Assembly (NCBI GenBank): GCA_013265495.1
Contig: MU058257.1
Span: 920,020-984,019 of the forward strand
Reading direction: 5' to 3'
Origin: Vicugna vicugna
Lineage: Eukaryota
DNA length: 64,000 nt
In this document: piece after piece, positions 51,234 to 63,578 of the stretch
Position numbering within the stretch: the first letter of the stretch is position 1
Layout: each line of letters starts with the position of its first letter
The notes under the pieces: generated by a model
Told to the model about the DNA's origin: nothing
Database searches by the model: none
What the model saw: the letters and a program-made list of their open reading frames with translations, nothing else
Translations under genes and position numbers: made by a program

Positions 51234-52739
51234 ACTTCCTGGCATCAAGAGAACGTCGTTCTAGATGGAAGAACAGATCCATTTTCTGGAGAAAAGTGGT
51301 GTCCTCAGAGAAACACTGCGTCCTCCCAGACAGTCACCATCCAATCTCTTAGATCACAAAGCCGGATGGTGTCCCTCCTCTGACCTTTTTGAAAATACAC
51401 CCCACTGTTTACCGTTCATCCAGATGACCCCCCCTCAACTTTTCAGGGATTGCGACATTTGTAGGGTTTAATGAATTAAGGCTTGGAGAGTGAGTGCCTG
51501 GAGAAGTTTTGTCTCCACATTCAATATTCCTATTTGTAATGCAATGTGAGAAGTTTCTCTCCACGATGGGCAAAAATTACAACCATCCATTTCATTCCTC
51601 GGGGTATATGAAGGAGGAAAACGCTGACTAGAGAGCAGGAAATTAGCAGTCTTCACTCTAACAGCCGCCACGTGGAGATGAAACAGGACTGTGTCAGCTG
51701 CAAGGGGAAGGTGATCTGAAGCCCCTAAGTGGGGCTGTTGCTGATACATCCACGGCTGGCTTGAGCAGAAAACTAGACCCTCACTTCCCTCCCCCATTTC
51801 CCTGTAAGTGGTCAGCACAAAAGCCCAGAAACATCCAGTGGGTGAGGATGTCAGTGACAGTAAATTTTTTTTTCAGCTAATGGGCTTCATGAATACGGAG
51901 ATTTTTAAGTTAAGGCAATTATCTAATTCCAGCTCACCACTTGCTAATTTACTAACTCACTAACTCGAGGAAACGGCCCTCCTGTTCGGTGCTGGCTTCC
52001 CAGCAGCAGAGCTGAGTCTCGGCAGGGATTTATCTCCAGCACCAGGGACAAAAAGCATGAGATGTTTTTGAAGAATAATAAAAAATGGATTAAAGGGAAT
52101 AGAAATAATTTATCACGTGCAGATGTGCAGAAAGAAAAGATGGTGGCTTTGCAGTCTAGCTTTATAAAAACAAAATTGGGGGAAGGCGTCTCCCCCCATC
52201 TGTTTGTGAACACGGGGGCCTGGGTGTCTGATGAGCCCTCAGGTCTACTAGCTTTCATAAAAATTACATCATCAAAGGAATAGTCCGTAGACTTCCCCTC
52301 TGCTGACTAACTGACCCAGACCTTGCAAGCTTGATGAGAAAACAAAGCAAGAATAATCTGGCAGGTCCTTTGTTGAAATCAAAAGGCTGTGTGCATGTCC
52401 GTGCCTCTCTAAGGGGGTTCACAGCTGCCGAAGAACTTGAAATCCTCCACAAATTCTGCTCTGTAGAAGAAGAAAGAGATACATCCAAGACAGGAAGGAA
52501 ATGTGGATTGAGGTATGACTTGCAGCTTCTAGACTCTTCCAAGGAGGAAAGCACTTCCAAAAAACACTTACAGGGACTTGTCTGCCTCTCAGAAGTCAAT
52601 GAATTACCAATGAGTCCTACTTTCATAGAGGGCTAAAATGTTTTATTCAGGGCATTTACTTAAAAAAACATAAGAAAAAATGTCATGGTTTTCAGAAAGA
52701 TTTACAGTCAGAGTAGTTACAATTTTTTCCTATTTTGTG

Positions 52740-53558
52740 CTTTTTCATGCTCTTCAAGGTGCCCTTTGATGAGTCATTTATTCATCTTTTCTTTTCAGTC
52801 AGTGCTTTTTCTGTCCTAGTTAAAAAATATTTCCAGACCTTAGGGTCATGAAAATATCCTTCTATACAGCTTTCCAAGATAACGTCTGAAAGCTACTGTT
52901 TTGGCTTTTATACTTTGGTCAAGACTCCACTTGGTACTGATTTTTTCCAGTAGGAAGATCCACTCGTCCCGGGGCTTTTTATTAAGAGGACAGTCCTTTT
53001 CTCATAGATCTGCAGGGTCACCTCTGCTCTACAGCAAGTCTCTGTCTGTATTTGGTTCTGTGTCTGGATTTTCCATTCTGTTCCACTGATACAAATGCTT
53101 ATCCCTGCACCAATACCCTGTGCTTTAGTTTCCAAGGAGCCTTGCTATCCAGTAGAGCAAGTCCTTCTATCTCCTCCTACATCTTTATCCTCTTCCTCCT
53201 CTTCCTCCTCCATCATCATCATCTTCTTTTTCAAGAATATCTTGGCTATATATGTTTGCTTTTGCTTTTTCATATTTATTTTATCATGTTTGTCAAATTT
53301 TACCAAAAAAGGAAAAAAATGGTTGATATTCTAACTGGAACTGCATTACACCATAGAACAATTTGAGGAAGAATTCAGGTCTTTGCAATATTCTTCTTCT
53401 AATACATGAATACTCTGTGTCCATTTATTTAGGTTTTCTCTAATTTTTCTCAATTATGTGTTATGGTTTTCCAGAGAGAGTTACAGTACATTTTTTTTGG
53501 TTAGATATAGTCCTGTGTCTTAGATAATTTCTGGATAATTTTTGATCCTATTATAAAA
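52740..53558 (-). mobile_element. Old L1 ORF2 segment, inverted part
   Basis: 'tctgtgtctggattttccattctgttccactgat', 'gcaccaatacc', 'tccatttatttagg'. Confidence 0.85.
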
Positions 53559-54485
53559 GCAGCACATACACAGAAAAATATATGTTACATATTCAGGATA
53601 TATTTCTCTCAAAAACTTATAATCAAAGGTTCAAAAATCTCAGTAGAAAAGTAGGCAAGACATCTGAAGTGCATTTCACAGGAGAGGATACCCACGTGGT
53701 GGGTAAAATCGCAGAAGGCCCCCCATCTCGACTGTCACCAGGAAAGGCAAAGCAAAACCATGATGAATTACCGTCCCAACACCCCCAAACCGCTAAAATT
53801 ACTGAGACTGACAATAGCAAATGTTGACACGGATGTGAAGCAAAGGAGAACTTTCACACACTTCAGGTAGGGGTGAAAAACAGTTTGGGAAAAAGTTTAG
53901 TCCTTTTTACTAAAGTTGATGATACTTCTGCCCTGTGACCAAGTAATCCTGCCCTGGAGAACGTACCAGAGAGCCGTGTGTCCTTGTCCTCCACAATATG
54001 TATACAGGAGGGGTCACAGGCACGCTCTCTAAGACAACCAGAGGCTGGAAAGGACTCAGATGTCTACGGGCAGAAGAATGCCGCATGAACTGTGATAAAG
54101 CCATCCAACGGACTAGCACACCAGAATTAAAATGAACAACGCATGATTACACGTAAAACCGAGGTACGTCTCACAAACGTGGTGTTGATCCTAACAGCCA
54201 GACAGAAAGTAATAAATATTGCATGGCTCCATTTACATCACGTTTATATCGAATTTAAAAACAGGCAAACAGCATAAAGGTGCTAATGGCCACAGAAGTC
54301 AGTCTGGAGGCATAGGGGACACGTGAGGGAAGGAGAACAGGGCTTCCGGGCTACTAGGTGATGAGCTTTCTCTGAACTGGGTGATGGTTACAACAGTGTT
54401 GATTCTATAATAATTGAGTAAGAAATATACTTCTGTTTTTGTAATTTTCTGCAGGTGACCATATTACAAAATACTGACAAAAAAT
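53559..54485 (+). mobile_element. Old L1 (L1ME-like) ORF2 end and 3' UTR, non-inverted part
   Basis: 'gactgacaatagcaaatgttg', 'atgaacaac', 'ctccatttac', 'aaaaacaggcaaac', 'ctgggtgatggttaca'. Confidence 0.85.
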
Positions 54486-55287
54486 CAGCTTTTTGCCATT
54501 TAATTTTTAAAACTTAGGAAACACACACACACACATCATACCTGATTCTTTAGAGTTGGTGGATCACATCTGTGGGAGTGCAACGCCACATGGGGATCAT
54601 GTGCACGTTAGTATTTCAAATCTTCAAGCGGTGATTTACCAACTCAATACCTTGAATAGCCTTTATGATGTGAACCTGTTGGAGAAATTTGTTTTCAGCA
54701 CCATATTATATATTGACATGTGTTTAATGATAAATATATGCCCATAAAAATATTTAAGGATTCATACCTTCTGCCTGAAGGTCAGTAAATAGGTACTTTT
54801 GATAATGAAACTGTCTCCTGGGAGAAAGCATGTGTTCAGTTACATTCTATTTTGCATATTCAGTTGGGTACTCATCTGGTTTTTGAATTTATCAACATTT
54901 AGGTAATATGAGTATCCTCTCCCATATGTCTCCCATCCATGTGTTGGATAACTTTTATATGGCTTGGGAACCATCAGAAATAATTTCATTTCCTCAGTGG
55001 CTAAAATAAGACTTCATATGATCTTCATAAATAACAACAAAAAAAAAGAGATTAAACACAAAATAGATTAAACAGAGTGGATCTCTATTAGAAATACATG
55101 CTGCTACCTGAATTTGGAACATTTATTTTCCTCATTTATAGTGTGTGGGAACCACACGCTTCACACCCTCACATACCTCTTACGATGTATCTCCGATTCA
55201 CAGACACTATGATGTGCTCAGTAGAGTTATTTCAGATGATGATAGATTACTGGCTGGTTCTTTAGTAGATGCTCAGTGACCAGGAGT

Positions 55288-55710
55288 TGAAAAAAAGAAA
55301 GGAAAAAGAAGAAGGAAGAGATAAAGAAGGCAGAAAAGAAAAGAAAGAAGGGTAGGAAGGGGAAAAGAACTGTAAGGTAGAGGTAAGTGTAAGGAATCAA
55401 CACCTGAAGCACTAAATAAAGGAATGGATGAAAAAATGGATGGATGGATGAAAAGAGAATAGATGAATGAAAGAATTAGTGATGCTTTAAAATCAATGGG
55501 TAAATGAGTAAATGAATAAAGAAAATATATAAGAAAAGAAAGAAATGAATGAAAAATGGATGGATGAGTGGATTAATAAAAAGGAGTAAATGACAGAATG
55601 ATTAGGTGGATAAATGAAAGAAGAATAAAATGAGTGAATAAGACAACACATGATTGTAAATGGAAAAGAAGTGGGTAAGTGAATTTGTGAAACAATGAGA
55701 ATCAAAGAGA
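55288..55710. repeat. Purine-rich, degenerate (GAAT/GGAT)n low-complexity tract
   Basis: Direct read. Follows an L2-tail-like 'tagatgctcagtga'. Confidence 0.8.
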
Positions 55711-55822
55711 TTAGTCTAATGCCCTCATTTTACAAAACTGGAAACAAAGGCTCCATGATTTACCTATGACAGTGACAGAGTAGTTGGAACCCAGTTTTGC
55801 TGAACGTGAGTCTTTTTGCAGC

Positions 55823-56620
55823 ATGAGTCAGCTTGGCTTCCTGAGAGCAGTCTGCGTGCGACAGAGACTGTCCGGGTAGTTTATCTGGGAGGTCGTCTCA
55901 TCACGGAGTGGGATTAAAGGTGCAAGGGGAACGAGATGCAGTTGGAGTGTGTCAGCGGGAAAAATGCACAGGCTAAAAGCTGAGAATTGTGCTGCATTAG
56001 GCGGATTTTCTGAGGAATCGAGCCCGGGAGGCAGCCTCTCGGATAGCTCTGAGGGACCGCTCCCAAGGTAAGGGAGAAGCCAGGATATATATGTTTTGCA
56101 ACAAAGACCAAGTAGTCAGAACATCAAAAGATTACTGTTAATTAAAGAAAACCAGGCATGTCAAGTTAATGAATTTAGCGCTTTTCTATGTAAGGGAAGA
56201 TGCAAGAGTGGGCCCATTGAGCCCATCCCTTTGATGTGCATCTTAACTGTCTAGGGCCAGTGTCCTGTTTTTCTCAATCCTAAATCCCCTCGGGGGCACC
56301 GGCAGGGGCAGCTGCAGTGGCTGATGGCTTGATGGCAGCAACATCCTTTGTCTACCGATGTGGCGGGTGACATTTTCATCTACTAGTATGTTGTTGAGGT
56401 CACTTCTGCAGGTGATAGGGGTGCGGGCAAATCCTTGAGAACTCATCTCCCAGAATTGTCCACCCAAAGGACGGCAGGCAAGGGCGGTCATACATCAGTG
56501 CCTATGCCCCTTTGGTTGAGGGTGGCGCCAGGGGTGTTAACTCCGGAATGTACATGTGCGCCAGGGAGCGTGGTACCCAGCAGGCACTGGAGGAGCCCAG
56601 GGAACAGAAAGGAGGGGAAG
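55823..56620 (-). mobile_element. ERVL LTR16-like element, split by a MER41-like insertion
   Basis: 'gtagtttatctgggaggt' before the insertion and 'cccagaattgtccaccc...tggttgagggt...ggggtgttaactcc' after it. Confidence 0.7.
55950..56384 (-). mobile_element. MER41-like ERV1 solo LTR, copy 2
   Basis: Shares 'ctaaaagctgagaattgtg', 'agcccgggag' and 'gaatttagcg...gggaagatgcaa' with copy 1. TSD agtg/agta. Confidence 0.85.
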
Positions 56621-57089
56621 GCTGCTAGCAGGGAGTGAGAGCCCTGACTGCCTGTGCACCCAGGGGTGGCTAAAACCAGAGGGTAGCTCATAAACATGTA
56701 ATTCATGAAACTGGAAGCACTGGGGGCGCTTGAGCTCACAGACTTATTCCAGAAGGTGTTAGAAAATTTTAGTGAAGATGATTAAATGGTCATGAATTAG
56801 TTACATGGCTAATTATTACCAACCCAGCCACAAAAATGAAATTAGGTTAAAGTTTTTGTTTCCTTCAGGCTCCAGATGCTTTATAATCCTGTGATAATCC
56901 ACAGCATTAGTAATAAATTATTAGAATCTTGAGTTTTATTTCTCTTTCAACACATAGGAAATATTAAATTTTAAATACAAAAGAGAAGGCTATTTAAACC
57001 AGCCAATACGTAGAAACATAAAGAAAATAGGGTATTTCCTCTGTTGAAAAATTCTTTAGTACTGACCAACAGTGTGTCAGTCTTATAAG

Positions 57090-57650
57090 TGTTGGAGAGA
57101 AAACCAAACCCTTTTCCTCTATCCTCTTATATTGAGTGCTGGAGGCCTGCAAATTAAACTAACGAAGGATAGGTTCACAGGAGAAGAGGCATAAACATCT
57201 TACTTGATGTTAATATTTTAGTGTTATATGCATGGAAACCTTCACAGAAAAGAAGTGAAGTCCCAAAGAAAGACTTAGCCTGGGGGCCCACAAATCATCT
57301 GAACAAAGGGCGATAAATTCGTGGAGAAGTGACAACAAAAAGGAAAAGGGCATTGGCTTCCAGAGACAGTAAATTGTAGGAAAGTAAATATATGGGGAGC
57401 TACGGGGAGATAAGGATTCTGTTGGTCGGTTCTTCTGTGTAGACCCATCTTCGTGCTGACTTTATGTCTCTCGTGATAGTGGTAGTTTTTCCTTCTCCTG
57501 GTATTGGGGGAGGGGGGAGTGTTGAGGAGGGAGGAGCTATTTACAAAGAAATTTATGTCCCCAGTTTTAGGCAGTTGGTGGAGGCCAGAGTGCTCTTTCT
57601 GAGTTTGCTGCTTCTTAATTGCCTTCAGCACCAAACAGTCCTTATCCCAA
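57090..57650 (-). mobile_element. ERV1 LTR (LTR39-like)
   Basis: Starts TG. Contains 'gataaattcgtggagaagtgacaacaaaaaggaaaaggg...gtaaattgtaggaaagtaaatatatgggg'. Related to 19549-19953. Confidence 0.75.
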
Positions 57651-58277
57651 CATACATGACTGTGAAGCCTGCAGTCTCAGGAGTCACTCAGAACTTGGTT
57701 GGCATCTCAGGTCCATCAGGAATGCATCTGTGTGATCTGGAGTACATTTCTTTTAAGTCTCCATTCCCTCATCTATTAAATGACATAAAACCCACTTGTT
57801 GTGAGTTTTGAATGAAAACACGCCTGCACAACAAAGAGGAATTTCTCCATGATCCTTAGACTGCAGGAGAGGCTTCGGTCTTCTCTCCTGACCAAAGGCT
57901 TTGCCAGTTGGACATTTTCTGGGCAGTAAATAGCCAGTTCTCCCTGGTTCTCATGCAGAACACCTCTGGGAGCTGCAGTCAAATGGGGTCTGAGGCTTCT
58001 GGGTGGGTTTTTTTCCTTTTGCCTGGGAATTGGAGAGCAAAACCCACCAGGAAGTGTACTATAAGTGCTCCACAGCTTAAAAAATCCAACCATATCTATT
58101 AAAGACTGGGATTGTCAGCAAGAAGGAGAGACAGACACCATCTTTCCTTTCTGGAAAGAAGCTATTAAGCCTGAGACGCATTTCGCCACTGCCAGGGCCA
58201 TGAAGAGGGATTGGGTGAGAAATTTCCTGAGAGAGCTTGGCCTGGGTCCTCTGGCATTTGGATACGCAGGCGAACAG

Positions 58278-58631
58278 TGTTAAAAGATAAACTAAGGCAT
58301 ATTGAACTGTTTAAGAGTTTATTGGAGCAACAATCAATTTGAATCAGGCAGCAATGTTGCAGATAGAAAGGACCTCTGAGTTGCTGAACAAAGTGAAAGA
58401 CTTTCCTAGGGAGAAGGCAGTGTGGAAAAGGAAGGCGTACCAGCCAAAAAGGTAGGTCGGTTATTGCAAGATGACCTTCCTTTAGGAGACGGCAGGGGTC
58501 TAACTAGAGCTGATCGGGTGATTCCCGATAAACTGGTTTAACATTCCACTCCTCAGAGAGCTAAAACTTTCAGTTAAATCTCTGACAATGTGAGGCTTAG
58601 CATAAGCGACTCCATTTTGGGTCTGTTGACA
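58278..58631 (-). mobile_element. ERV1 solo LTR (MER4-group-like)
   Basis: 'tgttaaaagataaactaaggcatatt...gagtttattggagcaa' contains a minus-strand AATAAA. Ends 'gactccattttgg...ttgaca'. Confidence 0.7.
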
Positions 58632-59427
58632 GACAGACTGCCAAAACATCTGAAGATTTCCAAAGGCACCAGGCTTGTTGGAGCACACCAAGGAAAGGAC
58701 TCAAGGAAGGATCGCAGGGTGGCGGACCTTGGGGGGTGGCACTCTCACCCCAAGTCTCCAAAGCCTTTGGAGAAAAAGGAGCTTACAGGTTTTGTATCTC
58801 CGTGTGCAGGATCTGTCCCCTGTCGCAGGTGTCTTGACACCTACCTCCAAAGACCTGAATGAAGTCTTCCCTCCCATTTTAACAAATCCAGAAGAATTTT
58901 TTCTCTAACAACTGGTGTGAAGTGGTATCTCACTGGGGTTTTGATTTGCTTTCCCCTGATGGTTACTGATGAGCAGCTGAAAGGGCTTCTAATATCCAAA
59001 AGTATACGGAAAATACGGTGTCTGCCCCAAACTTAAGGAACAGGAAAGAGATTTTTGACGGCACACGGTTAAAGCCAACACATTTTTTAAAGAGAGACGC
59101 AGATTTGTGTTTGCCTCTCATCGCGGCGAGACTTCTCAGCCAAAAGGACCCCCTCCAACCTCCCCTCTCCGCACCTGCAGGCGGTCGCCACCTCTCCTTT
59201 CACTCTCAAACCCCAAATCCTCCATCTAATGGGCTTCCTTTCCCCTCCCCAAGCCCCAGGTAGTCCCTGGTTGGGCCTACATTGTTAAAAGGTCGGTTCC
59301 CTGTGGGAAACTGGGGCTTTCAGTATTTAGCGAACCTCAAGATGCGGACACACACAAGGAAACTGGGTGCTGAGTGCCGTGCCCTGAGAAATCACCCCGT
59401 CCTGACTCCACCCTGAACCCCCATCTT

Positions 59428-59928
59428 TTGTTTGTTTGTTTTTAAGTTCTTTCTTTCTTTCTTTAATTTCTTTCTTTTTATTGAAGTATAGTTGATGTAC
59501 AATGTTGTGTTAGTTTCAGGTGTATAGCAAAGTGATTCATTTATACATCTACCTGTCTTTTTGTGTGGGGGTGTGTGTGTATATATATATATGTATATAT
59601 TCTTTTTCAGATTCTTTTCCAGTATATGTTATTACAAGATACTGAGTATAGTTCCCTGTGCTGCACAGTAGGGCCTTGATGGTTATCTTATATATAGTTA
59701 TTTTAGATATAGATGGTTATTTTATATGTAGTCGTGTGAACATGTTAATTCCAAACTCCTAATTTACCCCTCCCCCATTTGGTAACCGTAAGTTTGCTTC
59801 CTATGTGTGTGAATCTACTTCTGTTTCGTAAGTTCATTTGTGTCAATGCTTTTGGCTTCCACATATAAGCAATATTATATATTTGTCTTTCTCTGACTTA
59901 CTTCGTTTAGTATGAAAATCTCTAGGTT
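59428..59928 (-). mobile_element. L1 3' end with degenerate TSD
   Basis: T-rich tail, 'ttgaagtatagttgatgtacaatgttgtgttagtttcaggtg', 'ttccacatataag'. Flanks caccctgaa...atctt at 59409-59427 and 59929-59947. Confidence 0.9.
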
Positions 59929-61322
59929 CACCCTGAATGCTAATCTTAAATCATTCCTTTATTTTCATCCAAACAAAAGCATCCACCATGGACAGGAGGG
60001 TGACTGGGGAAAGGCAGGTCCAGTTTTACAGAAGGCAGGGCCACGTCGGCCGCTGGACCTGCAGACATGTGAGCGCTCTCCAAAGCAGACTAACCCCCAG
60101 GCCCCTGTGGGGCTAATATCTGCAGAGCGCCACTGGCCTTTTATGAGTTGTATTAATTACACTCTTAAGCCCCATGCAAATTGCAAAATCATTTTTCCAA
60201 TTGAGTTAATAAAGCCGGTTTAGTACAGGCTTGCTGTCCTTCAGCAGAAAATCAGCCCAGCACCGTTCGCAGATGACAGAAACGCGGGGGTCAGTGTTTG
60301 CGGGCTGTGACGGCAGCACGCTCTGGGATGCCTGCTTTGTGACTTTTCTTCTGCGGGAGTGTGATCCATCTCCCTCTGACAGAGCTGGGTGCGCAGGGGA
60401 CTGTCACACGTTTTGATGGTGTTTTATCTGTCCCGGGGGAGCTGCAAATTCATTCTCACAGTCTCCTCTCCGAGAGACGTTATTATCACTTGGAAACTTT
60501 CATGGGAAACAAGAACATCTCTGAAAACGGCCAATTGGTCTCACCTCGGACAGCCTTGGTCTCCTCTCCCCATCAACGCCAGGCGGCAAAAACGCACGGC
60601 CTCTCACCCGCACCCACCTCCTGACTCTGGGCAGGGGGGCCCCAGCTCTGTAAGAACCAGTATTCCTCCGCACTTTCTGACCTTGTGGTCCAGAAGGCAG
60701 CTGGCCTGAGCCATTCAATAGGGCCCGTGGCCATTTTGCTTCCCTGATGTTATCCTAACCCATAGGACGCCTCCGTGGGGCTCAGAAAAAGATGCTCCTC
60801 CAGGCAGAGCAACCGCAATTAGCCACCCCCTGTGTGTTACAGCCCCCGGTAGGCAGCTGTGACCTGTCTACTGAAGGCTTGTGTGGCCCACAACACACAC
60901 ACCTGTTCCCAGTGGCCTTTCCCATGAGCACAAGTCATGAGATGCAAACAGGTGAAGTTTGTCAGGAGAGCTTTAGAAGCGCCCTGTGCTGTTTCATTTC
61001 CTCATGGCTACATGGTGGCAGGGATTCACTCAACGAAGCAAATTCACATGAAAGCAAGAATGGCTATTACTCTCCCAGGAGGTTGACCTTTTATTGAGAA
61101 ACTTCCAGAAACAGTCAAATGTTTCTGACCCAAAGGAAAAAAAAAGATTGAAAAGGTTGAAATATTGCATATGAGGGTTAGCCAGTGAGGGAACTGAGTT
61201 TGGGTGGGAGGAATTTCAACTGGGTCCCTTCAGGCCACAGCTCTGGGCCCTCCAGTCAAGGCAGGGACACTCAGGGGTCTCCACTCACCAGGGGTGGGGG
61301 GATTCAGGACTGGCTTTGCTGC

Positions 61323-61761
61323 TATTGCCAAAGGCAAGTTCGTGTGCCCGACGCACTGTGAGGTCAAACAAACTAAAACGCGGGAGTTTGGAGCAGAGAA
61401 GGGTTTACTACAGGGCAGAGCAAGGACGACAGGGTGGCTCAAGAAAACTCCTAACTCCCCAAAGGGTTTCAGCAAAGTGTATTTAAAGGGCGAGGTGCAG
61501 CTCATGCACAATTCTCTGATTGGTGCTGAGGTAACAGGGCTGTCAACACTGTCAACCCTGAGGCGCCATGAGGTCTGGGGGCCACGTGTTCTCCATCATC
61601 AAGTAGTTAATTTCTTCCCTTTGGTGGTGGGTTTGAGCATCTGAAAACCTCAGGAAATATACATGAGATACTGTTATCTGGGTCCTTCAGAGAGCAGCTG
61701 CAGCGAGGACGTGGGGAGGGGTCTGACTCTGCTCCGCCACACAGGGTCCTGCTGGGTGACA
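61323..61761 (-). mobile_element. ERV1 solo LTR (cetartiodactyl type)
   Basis: 'caaacaaactaaaacgcgggagtttggagcagagaagggttta', 'tctctgattgg' (CCAAT on minus), end 'gggtcctgctgggtgaca'. TSD ctgc/cagc. Confidence 0.8.
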
Positions 61762-62269
61762 CAGCTTACCGCCCCCCGGGCACCAGGGTGACGCTCCAGC
61801 TCCAGCTTCTCCCTCTTTCCTCTGCTTCCCACCATACTGGTCCATCCTCTTCCACTGCCTGGAGTTTGGAGCCTCAGTTAGAATTCTTTGCTCCACCCTG
61901 TCTCTGAAGGTAGAGTTCTCTGCTCCATAATACACCCTGCCAACCGGGATCCTCTCGGAGGGGATGGTTCTGCTCCCTCCCAGACCCTGATCCACTGGGT
62001 TGGGGGGGCCGTGTTCACAAGCATGAGACTGTCAGGCTTCCCTAGACGATCCAGCCTGCATCCCGGCTAACTTCCCGGCCCCGGTACTGTCTATCCCGAT
62101 GTATTCCTGTTCCATGTAGGTCCCAGGATGTCCCAACATATCCTGGATCTTGAATCTTCCCCAATTAATATCAAACAAGATTTTTCAATATGGTTCCTCA
62201 AGTCAAATATGGTTGGTCCCTAGGCAAAATGCCAGTCGTTACCCCCGAACGTATGACTGCCATCTCGTG

Positions 62270-62415
62270 TTTATCCTTGCAGCAATTTGAGTGAGGCAGG
62301 TAAGCTAGGTGTAGGTGAGACACAGTTCCAGGTAAGCAGACGGGTCCCGCGTGACCTACTCAGAGTCACACGGCCAACCAGTGGTGGAGCTGGGAACTTA
62401 GGTCTCTTGCCTTTT
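62270..62415 (-). mobile_element. MIR fragment
   Basis: 'gtgacctactcagagtcacacggccaaccagtggtggagctggga'. Confidence 0.6.
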
Positions 62416-62982
62416 GTCCCCACATCTTCACTCAGCTTCTTGTCACAGTGCCAGGCTTCTCTCATTGTTTGTCAAGGTCGATTTTAATCTCGAGATTGTT
62501 CCCCTGGGAGAGCACGACACACTGATCTCCATGCTCCACCGGCTAAAGAATACTTTGAGCTTGAGTCCAATTTCACAAAATGGAACTGGTTCTTTAGGCT
62601 GCAAGTGAAGGTTTTCAGAAAACGCAGGAGGTAATTCCACCCCCAGCAGAACCCACGCTGCTCCTCGTTCTCGGTTCCTGACAACTCGCTCCCCACACAC
62701 TGGGGTCCTGCGGGCTGTGCGCACCGCCCGGGCTGCATGGATCTCTCCAGGGCATCCTTAGAGAGGTGACGCAGGCCCGTGGGGCTGATCCGGGTGGCAC
62801 GTGAGTGTGGTCATGAGAAGGGGGCAGTTGTCTGACGGTTGATGGGTAGAGGTCTGGATGTGGTGGAAACTAGGAATTTTTTAACTCCATTTCCATTCCA
62901 AGTCCCCAGATAAATGTGATTTACTTACCTTTTTATCCCCCTTGGTTAACCTTTATCTTACTTTACCCAGTGCGGTTTAGGT

Positions 62983-63147
62983 CAGGTGTCAGTAAACGTT
63001 TTTCCTAAAAGAATTGTTAGTAAATATTTTAGCCTTTGAAGGTCCTGTTTGTGTAAATGATGGGTGTGGCCATGGTCCAGTAAAACTTTATTTACAAAAA
63101 CAAGCGCTGGGCCAAATTTGGCTTGGGGACATAGTTGCCAACCTGTG
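62983..63147. mobile_element. MER58A-like hAT-Charlie MITE with internal deletion
   Basis: TIR-like ends caggtgtcagtaaac / gttgccaacctgtg, internal 'ccagtaaaactttatttacaaaaacaag', 8-bp TSD gtttaggt/gtttagac. Confidence 0.85.
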
Positions 63148-63578
63148 GTTTAGACTGATGTTGTCAGTGCATTTTTTAAACTTAAAAAAGTTACAATATT
63201 CATTACAAGCAGGGAGCATCCCCATAAACTCCTTCCACGCCCACTCAAAGCCATAAGGGTCTCACTAGAAATGAAAGATCACTGAGGCTCAGGAAGAAAA
63301 CCTTGCTGAATGCAGGAATAAACTCTCTATTTACTTCTCTGCATCCAAAATCATCTTACTGCTGGAGGAAGAGGGCATACCTCCATTAAAGATGTGATTA
63401 ACGGAGATCCTTTGCCTTCTACACGAACTGTGGCACCTTTCACAGGACAAGTTAGGTGGTTTTTCATTCTCGGACAAAGGTCTTTGCTTATCTAAACAAC
63501 TCAACAAATAAAGACAGCTGTGACAAAGAAACACGTCCAATCAATACATTTTAATGAATTTTTCCAAATAAAACTATG

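Noticed and set aside
41802..56384. One 14.6-kb provirus bounded by the two MER41-like LTRs
   Set aside because: Each LTR has its own TSD, the copies are diverged, and the interior holds older L1/L2 sequence with no gag, pol or env.
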